Source: an uncultured delta proteobacterium
Lineage (GTDB): Bacteria > Desulfobacterota > WTBG01 > CAIYCZ01 > CAIRTM01
Length of the DNA stretch: 64,000 nucleotides
Assembly (NCBI GenBank): GCA_903881505.1
Contig: CAIRTM010000011.1
Location: 5,612 to 69,611 of the forward strand
Direction of reading: 5' to 3'
The notes beneath the pieces are model-generated. The model was not told where the DNA came from. It made no database searches and saw only the letters and a list, made by a program, of their open reading frames with translations. How positions within the stretch are numbered: position 1 is the first letter of the stretch; every line of letters begins with the position of its first letter. Shown here in pieces: positions 57,723 to 64,000 of this stretch. The position numbers and the translations under genes were made by a program.

Positions 57723-58262
57723 TTATTTTTTCGCCCCGGCCTTGCCGGCCTTGCGCCGCACGCTTTCTCCCACATAACGAATGCCCTTACCCTTATAGAC
57801 GTCGGGCTTTTTCACCTTGCGGATATTGGCTGCGGTCTGGCCGACCAGGTGTTTGTCGATGCCTTCAACCCTGATGACCTGTTTATCAACACTGATGGTT
57901 ATGCCGGCCGGTTCGGCAAAGTTGACCTGATGCGAGAGCCCGACGCTGAGATTAAGCGTTTTGCCGCTTTTTTCAGCCCGGTACCCGACGCCGACAACCT
58001 CAAGTTCCCGCTTGAAGCCCTGAGAAACACCCTCGACCATGTTGGCGACAAGCGTGCGCGTCAATCCATGCATGCTGCGCTCAATACGGTTATCAGTTGT
58101 GCGCGTAACCAGCACTCGCCCGTCAGCGACCTCAACGGCAACCTGGGGAGGGACAACATGCTGCAATTTTCCACGGGGGCCATCGACCTGCACCAGCCTG
58201 CCGGCGCAGGTAACCTTAACTCCGGCGGGAATAACGATCGGTTTTTTTCCAATTCGGCTCAT
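57723..58262 (-). CDS. rplF: 50S ribosomal protein L6
   Basis: 179 aa, MSRIGKKPI... Confidence 0.95.
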   Translation of the reverse strand: MSRIGKKPIVIPAGVKVTCAGRLVQVDGPRGKLQHVVPPQVAVEVADGRVLVTRTTDNRIERSMHGLTRTLVANMVEGVSQGFKRELEVVGVGYRAEKSGKTLNLSVGLSHQVNFAEPAGITISVDKQVIRVEGIDKHLVGQTAANIRKVKKPDVYKGKGIRYVGESVRRKAGKAGAKK

Positions 58263-58278
58263 ACTGTTTTATCCTTCT

Positions 58279-58674
58279 CTACCAGACGGAACAGAGCAAC
58301 TCTCCGCCGACGCCCTGCTGGCGCGCCACGGCATCCGTTACAATACCCTTTGATGTCGAAATAACCGCCACGCCCATGCCACTGCGTATCTTCGGCACAT
58401 TGCCCTTGTTGACATACACACGCCGGCTGGGTTTGGAAAGCCTGATCAGTTCGGTGATAACGGGTTCGCCTTTTTCTCCGTACTTCAGGGAAATTTCAAG
58501 CACCCCCTGCTTGCCGTCCGGCACCACATGATAGCTCTGAATATAGCCTTCCTCCTTCAGAATCCTGGCGATATTCACCTTGACGCTGGATGACGGTATT
58601 GCAACCTTTTCGAACCGGGCCTTGATGGCATTTCTGATGCGGGTCAGCATGTCCGCAATGGGGTCGGTCATCAT
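58279..58674 (-). CDS. rpsH: 30S ribosomal protein S8
   Basis: 131 aa, [16 protein letters not shown]... Confidence 0.95.
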   Translation of the reverse strand: MMTDPIADMLTRIRNAIKARFEKVAIPSSSVKVNIARILKEEGYIQSYHVVPDGKQGVLEISLKYGEKGEPVITELIRLSKPSRRVYVNKGNVPKIRSGMGVAVISTSKGIVTDAVARQQGVGGELLCSVW

Positions 58675-58712
58675 ATCTACGCTACTCCCTGATGTATTAA
58701 ATTACCGAACGT

Positions 58713-58898
58713 TTACCAGCTTGACTTCGTAACCCCGGGCAGGTCGCCCTGCAGGGCAAGTTTCCGCAAACATATTCTGCACATATCGAATTTACGATAG
58801 TAGGCCCGTGGACGCCCGCACAGCGGGCAGCGATTATAGGCTCTTACGCTGAACTTCGGCTTTCGGCTCGCTTTCGCAATCAACGACTTCTTGGCCAC
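58713..58898 (-). CDS. rpsN: 30S ribosomal protein S14 type Z (zinc-ribbon form)
   Basis: 61 aa, [20 protein letters not shown] Cys4. Confidence 0.95.
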   Translation of the reverse strand: MAKKSLIAKASRKPKFSVRAYNRCPLCGRPRAYYRKFDMCRICLRKLALQGDLPGVTKSSW

Positions 58899-58921
58899 GC
58901 GGCCCTCCTTATTACTGGTAT

Positions 58922-59464
58922 TTAATTTTTCTCAAACGGCATACCCATCATTTCCAGCAGCGCTTTGGCTTCTTCGTCGGTGCGCGCACTGGTATTGATG
59001 ATGATATTCATTCCCTTGATTTTGTCTATTTTATCGTATTCAATTTCAGGAAAAATAATCTGCTCGCGGATGCCGAGCGCATAGTTGCCGCGGCCGTCAA
59101 AAGCTTTTGAGGAAACACCCTTAAAATCGCGTATGCGAGGCAGGGCCAGGTTCAAAAGGCGGTCGATAAACTCATACATGCGTTCACGGCGCAGGGTTAC
59201 CTTGCATCCGATCGGCATGCCCTGCCGGAGCTTGAAGTTGGCGATAGCCTTGCGGGCCTTGGTGACAACAGGTTTCTGCCCGGTGATATCGGCGATTTCC
59301 TTCTGCGCAGACTCAAGCAGCTTAACATTCTGGATCGCTTCTCCCAGGCCCATATTAATGACGACTTTTTCAAGCCGGGGTACCTGCATGACGCTGCTGT
59401 AACTGAATTTCGACATCAGCTGCGGTACGATTTCCGTATTGTATTTTTCCTTAAGCCGAGCCAT
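58922..59464 (-). CDS. rplE: 50S ribosomal protein L5
   Basis: 180 aa. Confidence 0.95.
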   Translation of the reverse strand: MARLKEKYNTEIVPQLMSKFSYSSVMQVPRLEKVVINMGLGEAIQNVKLLESAQKEIADITGQKPVVTKARKAIANFKLRQGMPIGCKVTLRRERMYEFIDRLLNLALPRIRDFKGVSSKAFDGRGNYALGIREQIIFPEIEYDKIDKIKGMNIIINTSARTDEEAKALLEMMGMPFEKN

Positions 59465-59475
59465 GAATGTTTCTC

Positions 59476-59808
59476 CTAATTATCAAAAACCTCGCCACAT
59501 TTGTGGCAGATACGCACCTTCCGTTTGTCGTCAAGCTCCTTGCGGCGGACGCGCACCGGGGCATTGCATTTAGCGCACAGCAGGCTGACATTGCTCGCAT
59601 GCAGCGCACCTTCACGCTCGATAATGCCGCCCTGGGGTGCCTGCTGGCTCGGGCGGGTGTGCCGCTTAAGGAAGTTGAGCTTCTCGATCGTAACGGTATT
59701 TTTTTCGCTGTTGACCGTGAGCACCTTGCCGGATTTGCCCTTTTCTCGACCGGCCGTCACGATGACCATGTCGCCTTTTTTAACATGCATTCTCTGCGTA
59801 GCCGCCAT
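59476..59808 (-). CDS. rplX: 50S ribosomal protein L24
   Basis: 110 aa, KOW motif ([20 protein letters not shown]), with a C-terminal Cys-containing tail. Confidence 0.95.
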   Translation of the reverse strand: MAATQRMHVKKGDMVIVTAGREKGKSGKVLTVNSEKNTVTIEKLNFLKRHTRPSQQAPQGGIIEREGALHASNVSLLCAKCNAPVRVRRKELDDKRKVRICHKCGEVFDN

Positions 59809-59836
59809 GTGCCGCTTCTCCTAACGGGTGTTCCGC

Positions 59837-60205
59837 TTACACGACTTCCGGTGCAAGGGATATGATCTTCATAAAGTTTTTCGCACGCAGCTCGCGCGCG
59901 ACCGGTCCAAAAATACGGGTGCCAATCGGCTCATTTGCCTGGTTGATCAGCACCGCCGAGTTATCGTCAAAACGGATATAGGAGCCGTCAACACGCCGGG
60001 TTTCCTTGGCGGTGCGCACGATAACTGCCTTCATCACGGAGCCCTTCTTAACCTTTGAATTCGGTATGGCTTCCTTAACCGACACGACTATCACGTCGCC
60101 CAACCCGGCATATCGTCTCTTTGAGCCGCCCAGCACCTTAATGCACTGAAGCCTTTTTGCTCCTGAGTTGTCGGCAGCCAGCAGATTTGTCTGCATTTGA
60201 ATCAT
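59837..60205 (-). CDS. rplN: 50S ribosomal protein L14
   Basis: 122 aa, [17 protein letters not shown]... Confidence 0.95.
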   Translation of the reverse strand: MIQMQTNLLAADNSGAKRLQCIKVLGGSKRRYAGLGDVIVVSVKEAIPNSKVKKGSVMKAVIVRTAKETRRVDGSYIRFDDNSAVLINQANEPIGTRIFGPVARELRAKNFMKIISLAPEVV

Positions 60206-60258
60206 GGGTCATTCCCCGCAAAAAAAATAGTTATTCAAAAAACATGTCCGGCCGGCTG

Positions 60259-60510
60259 CTACAGCGCCCGCGCCACAACGTCTACCACCATCCAGCGCTT
60301 GTCCCGTGACAACGGGCGGGTTTCCTGCACCAGAACCGTGTCGCCGATGCGGCACTGGTTCTGCTCATCATGCGCCTTGAACCTGATGCGCTTTTTTATA
60401 TACTTACCGTACAGGCTGTGTTTGGTGAGGCGATGCGTCATCACCACAACCGTCTTATCCATTTTGTCGCTTACCACGACAGCTGTTTTTGTCTTTTTCT
60501 GCTTTTTCAT
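60259..60510 (-). CDS. rpsQ: 30S ribosomal protein S17
   Basis: 83 aa. Confidence 0.95.
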   Translation of the reverse strand: MKKQKKTKTAVVVSDKMDKTVVVMTHRLTKHSLYGKYIKKRIRFKAHDEQNQCRIGDTVLVQETRPLSRDKRWMVVDVVARAL

Positions 60511-60529
60511 GTGCGTCCCTTCAACTGCA

Positions 60530-60724
60530 TTAATCCCGAGCTGCTTTCTGCCGCGCGATCGTCTTTACCCTGGCGATATCGCGTCTGACACGCTGCATCT
60601 GGGCGGTGTTGGTAAGCTGCTTGGTGGCATGCTGTATCCTCAGGTTGAAAAGCTTGGCCTTCAGCTCTTTTTCCTTGATCAGCAGTTCCTCAGCGCTGGA
60701 TTCACGTATTTCCTTAGCCTTCAC
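60530..60724 (-). CDS. rpmC: 50S ribosomal protein L29
   Basis: 64 aa. Confidence 0.95.
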   Translation of the reverse strand: MKAKEIRESSAEELLIKEKELKAKLFNLRIQHATKQLTNTAQMQRVRRDIARVKTIARQKAARD

Positions 60725-61133
60725 TTGTTTCCCTCATCACAAAGGTTGTCTTGATAGGAAGCTTATGGGCCGCCAGGCGCAGGGCCTCTCGCGCGGTTTC
60801 CTCGTTAACCCCGTCGATTTCGTACAGCACTCTGCCCGGTTTCACGACCATGACCCAGTATTCCGGGGCACCCTTGCCTTTACCCATGCGTGTTTCAGCG
60901 GGTTTTTTCGTGATCGGCTTATCCGGAAACATGCGGATCCAGAGTTTGCCGCCGCGCTTCACATGCCGCGTCAGCGCGATACGCGCAGCTTCGATCTGGC
61001 GTGAGGTAATCCGGCCGCATTCGGTCGCCTTCAAGCCGTAGGTGCCGAAATCAAGCGCTGCGCCGCGATAGGCAGTGCCCTTCATCCTGCCCTTGAACAT
61101 CTTGCGGTGTTTTACTTTCTTAGGAGCTAACAT
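60714..61133 (-). CDS. rplP: 50S ribosomal protein L16
   Basis: 139 aa, [11 protein letters not shown]... Confidence 0.95.
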   Translation of the reverse strand: MLAPKKVKHRKMFKGRMKGTAYRGAALDFGTYGLKATECGRITSRQIEAARIALTRHVKRGGKLWIRMFPDKPITKKPAETRMGKGKGAPEYWVMVVKPGRVLYEIDGVNEETAREALRLAAHKLPIKTTFVMRETSEG

Positions 61134-61773
61134 GTGAAGCCTTTCCTTTTGACAGGGTTTCGCCGCGATATACCCACACCTTTACCCCGATAATGCCGTA
61201 TGTTGTGCGCGCTTCATAAAATCCATAATCGATATCAGCGCGCAGGGTGTGCAGCGGAACCCGTCCTTCGCGGTACCATTCGGTACGGGCTATTTCAGCT
61301 CCGCCCAGCCTGCCCGAACACGATATTTTGATCCCCTTGGCGCCGAACTTCAGCGCCGATCCCACACTGCGCTTCATGGCCCTGCGGAACGCTACCCTCT
61401 TGATGAGCTGCTGGCAGACGTTTTCTGCGATCAGCTGTGCGTCGACCTCGGGGCGCTGCACTTCCGTAATATTGATATACACTTCGCGATCGGTCAGCTT
61501 CTGGATTTCAGCCTTCAATCGTTCTATTTCGGACCCTTTTTTCCCGATGATGATGCCGGGACGTGCCGCGGCTATGTTAACCCTGAGTTTGTTGGCGGCA
61601 CGTTCAATTTCAACGCTTGAAACGCCGGCCGGTGCGAGTCTGTCCTTGACAAACTTCTTGATATTCAGGTCTTCATGCAGCAGCGTGCTGAACGACTTGT
61701 CAGAATACCACCTGGAGTTCCAAGTTTTAATAATGCCGATCCGAAATCCTACGGGATGTACTTTTTGTCCCAA
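61120..61773 (-). CDS. rpsC: 30S ribosomal protein S3
   Basis: 217 aa, [13 protein letters not shown]..., KH domain. Confidence 0.95.
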   Translation of the reverse strand: MGQKVHPVGFRIGIIKTWNSRWYSDKSFSTLLHEDLNIKKFVKDRLAPAGVSSVEIERAANKLRVNIAAARPGIIIGKKGSEIERLKAEIQKLTDREVYINITEVQRPEVDAQLIAENVCQQLIKRVAFRRAMKRSVGSALKFGAKGIKISCSGRLGGAEIARTEWYREGRVPLHTLRADIDYGFYEARTTYGIIGVKVWVYRGETLSKGKASHVSS

Positions 61774-61808
61774 CTGACACCTCCTGATAGTTGTATTCTG
61801 GGCAACCG

Positions 61809-62141
61809 CTACCCTTCATCGAGCACGACGGTGATATGGCATGAACGCTTCAATATCCGCGACCCACGCCCCATTGAACGCGCCCTGAACCGCTTCATCG
61901 TCGGGCCCTCGTCAACGCAGATGGTCTTCACGAACAGTGTATCGACATCAACGCCTTCGCGGGATCCCGCATTGGCGACCGCAGAGCTCAAAAGCTTTCC
62001 GACATAACGGCTGCCGGCTTTCCGGGTATATTCCAGCGTGCTGAGCGCATCGCTGACCGGCATCCCGCGCACGAGGTCTGCAAGCAGACGTACTTTTTGG
62101 GCCGAAATACCGACATGTCTATCGCAGGCTTTAATTTCCAT
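61809..62141 (-). CDS. rplV: 50S ribosomal protein L22
   Basis: 110 aa. Confidence 0.95.
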   Translation of the reverse strand: MEIKACDRHVGISAQKVRLLADLVRGMPVSDALSTLEYTRKAGSRYVGKLLSSAVANAGSREGVDVDTLFVKTICVDEGPTMKRFRARSMGRGSRILKRSCHITVVLDEG

Positions 62142-62200
62142 AATGCAATACTCGACTTCCTAGCATATGTTGGCGTACAAAGGGCTTAACCGGCCGTGCA

Positions 62201-62461
62201 TTATTTCTTGCCGTGGCCGTGGTAGGTTCTCGTCGGCGAAAACTCTCCCAGCTTGTGCCCAACCATGTTCTCGGTAACATAGACCGGGATAAATTTTTTG
62301 CCATTGTGCACGGCAAAGGTCAGGCCGATCATGTCGGGCGTTATCGTCGAGCGGCGCGACCAGGTTTTAATAACCTGCTTATTGCCGGTGCTGTTCGCGG
62401 CATCAACTTTTCTGGCTACATGGTCGTCAACAAACGGACCTTTCTTTACAGACCTTGGCAT
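62201..62461 (-). CDS. rpsS: 30S ribosomal protein S19
   Basis: 86 aa, [12 protein letters not shown]... Confidence 0.95.
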   Translation of the reverse strand: MPRSVKKGPFVDDHVARKVDAANSTGNKQVIKTWSRRSTITPDMIGLTFAVHNGKKFIPVYVTENMVGHKLGEFSPTRTYHGHGKK

Positions 62462-62472
62462 CCTGCAACTCC

Positions 62473-63297
62473 CTATTTGTTCCTGCGTCTCACGATAAAC
62501 TTGTCGGTTGATTTGTTATGCCGCGTGCGGTAGCCCTTTGTCGGAATACCCCAAGGCGTACAGGGATGGCGCCCGCCTGAGGACCGGCCTTCGCCGCCGC
62601 CCATCGGATGATCAACGGGGTTCATGGCAACGCCGCGAACCTTGGGCTTTTTCCCGAGCCAGCGCGTACGGCCGGCCTTCCCAATGCTGATATTCTTGTG
62701 ATCGGCATTGCCGACCTGACCTATCGTGGCATAGCACTCGACATGCACCAGCCGGATTTCACCCGATCCCATCTTGAGATGGGCATATTTGTTTTCCTTT
62801 GCCGCCAGTTGCGCGCTCGCACCGGCGCTGCGGGCAAGTTGCCCGCCTTTACCCTGCTTGAGCTCTATATTGTGGATCTGGGTGCCGACCGGGATTCTGC
62901 GGATCGGCAGGGCATTACCCACGGCGATTTCGGCATTCTCCCCGGCCATTACCTGATTGCCGACCTCGAGGCGGTCCGGTGCCAAAATGTAGCGTTTCTC
63001 TCCGTCAACATACTGCAGCAAAGCGATCCGTGAGGTGCGGTTTGGGTCGTACTCAATGCTGACAACTTTTGCGGGAATCTCGTGCTTATCTCGCTTGAAA
63101 TCAATGATACGGTAGCGGCGTTTATGCCCGCCGCCGATATGCCGGGCGGTAACGCGCCCGTAGCAATTGCGCCCGCCGGTTTTCTTAAGCGGCGCCAGCA
63201 GGCTTTTCTCTGGACGACTGGCAGTAATTTCAGAGAAATCGGCAACGGTCTGAAAACGCCTTCCGGGTGATGTTGGTTTAAACGATTTTACCGCCAT
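62473..63297 (-). CDS. rplB: 50S ribosomal protein L2
   Basis: 274 aa, [14 protein letters not shown]... Confidence 0.95.
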   Translation of the reverse strand: MAVKSFKPTSPGRRFQTVADFSEITASRPEKSLLAPLKKTGGRNCYGRVTARHIGGGHKRRYRIIDFKRDKHEIPAKVVSIEYDPNRTSRIALLQYVDGEKRYILAPDRLEVGNQVMAGENAEIAVGNALPIRRIPVGTQIHNIELKQGKGGQLARSAGASAQLAAKENKYAHLKMGSGEIRLVHVECYATIGQVGNADHKNISIGKAGRTRWLGKKPKVRGVAMNPVDHPMGGGEGRSSGGRHPCTPWGIPTKGYRTRHNKSTDKFIVRRRNK

Positions 63298-63345
63298 GGT
63301 TGAGACTCCATTTCAATGCTGTCAAAAACAGGCCCTCAAGGCCGC

Positions 63346-63636
63346 TTACACGCCTTCAAAAAACTCGATTGAATCCCCGGTCTTCAAGACGACAACCGCT
63401 TTTTTCCAATCGGATTTCTTCCCGACATGCCGCCCGACCCGCTTGGTTTTGCCGAGAAAATTCATAACACGCACATCGGTCACGGTTACATTGAAAAGCC
63501 GCTGAACCGCATCCTTTATCTCGAGCTTGTTAGCGCGCCGGTCGACTTCAAACGTCACGGCATTGGTTTCTTCACGCTGAACGGTGCTCTTTTCCGTAAC
63601 AATCGGGCGGCGGATTATCCCATATATGTCCTTCAT
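63346..63636 (-). CDS. rplW: 50S ribosomal protein L23
   Basis: 96 aa. Confidence 0.95.
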   Translation of the reverse strand: MKDIYGIIRRPIVTEKSTVQREETNAVTFEVDRRANKLEIKDAVQRLFNVTVTDVRVMNFLGKTKRVGRHVGKKSDWKKAVVVLKTGDSIEFFEGV

Positions 63637-64000
63637 GCAGCCAGGCTCCTCTCGATTGACCTCAAACTTGTCTGCGTAATAAACAGCTCATCGTATTTCA
63701 AGACGTCATGCAGGTTCAGCCCCTCGGGCGGAAGTACTTTCACATGCGGTACGTTGCGCGAGCTTAGCAGCAGATTATGGTCGGCGTCCGCGATAATGAG
63801 TGCGTTGCCAGCCTTAAGTTTTTCAAGTATGGCGACAAACGCGGCAGTTTTAATCTCGGAAACTTCAAGCGCGTCCAGTACAAGCAGCTTTTCCTGCTGT
63901 ACCTTCAGGGTCAGGGCTGAACACATTGCCGCCCGGCGAACTTTTTTGGGAACCTTTATGTCGTAGGAGCGGGGCTTGGGGCCGAAGGCGATACCGCCGC
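63633..64000 (-). CDS. rplD: 50S ribosomal protein L4 (C-terminal part; the gene continues beyond the right edge)
   Basis: The frame stays open to the window edge. Upstream of the ORF-track Met it reads ...GGIAFGPKPRSYDIKVPKKVRRAA..., the L4 signature. Confidence 0.9.
   Translation of the reverse strand, partial: GGIAFGPKPRSYDIKVPKKVRRAAMCSALTLKVQQEKLLVLDALEVSEIKTAAFVAILEKLKAGNALIIADADHNLLLSSRNVPHVKVLPPEGLNLHDVLKYDELFITQTSLRSIERSLAA

Overview
This is a high-GC (about 62%) bacterial chromosomal segment. Most of it is housekeeping genes, interrupted by two accessory blocks. The gene content (sigma-54 NtrC-type regulator, an IS200-like Y1 transposase fused to a DnaA-type HTH, FeoB, an HD dNTPase) looks Deltaproteobacteria/Desulfobacterota-like, but taxonomy cannot be proven from sequence alone.

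Core regions:
- 10.7-22 kb: a minus-strand run (TIGR01777 epimerase, metallophosphoesterase, EndoIII-like HhH-GPD protein, HD-domain dNTPase, adenosine-kinase-family protein) and a plus-strand run (HAD hydrolase, trxB, feoB, DtxR-FeoA regulator, galE, class-I fumarate hydratase alpha subunit).
- 43.8-51.5 kb: Cache-type histidine kinase with a sigma-54 response regulator, archaemetzincin, a GcvH-like protein, an OFA-family MFS transporter, and the Sir2/CobB deacylase.
- 51.5-64 kb: a canonical S10-spc-alpha ribosomal protein operon on the minus strand, from rplD (partial at the window edge) to rplQ. rpmJ is present but missing from the ORF track. L30, adk and map are absent.

Accessory block A (1-10.6 kb): tandem secreted proteins, all on the minus strand. 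There are two subtilisin-like S8 peptidase paralogs (one runs off the left edge) and two cysteine-rich repeat proteins. Three of them end in the same unclassified ~90-aa C-terminal domain. Sequence evidence of recent duplication includes a DNA-level repeat between the two protease genes and a relic of the epimerase 3-prime end.

Accessory block B (23-43.4 kb):
- a low-GC cassette carrying an IS200-like element, bounded by 26-bp inverted repeats and inserted into an older copy of itself
- an Rhs/YD-repeat polymorphic toxin of 3013 aa with an N-terminal transglutaminase-like core, a C-terminal alpha/beta-hydrolase (lipase-like) toxin domain, and a small membrane immunity gene
- an Avd-like four-helix-bundle gene whose 3-prime part carries arrays of 9-bp TGTGGACNN repeats; these resemble high-GC DnaA boxes and form a large palindrome around an AT-rich core
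- a 2885-aa surface protein made of QW/prenyltransferase-like toroid repeats, CARDB repeats, PKD repeats and a choice-of-anchor-A-like domain

The 2885-aa surface protein, the four-helix-bundle gene and the Rhs toxin overlap start-to-stop and look translationally coupled.

No rRNA, tRNA or CRISPR array was found.
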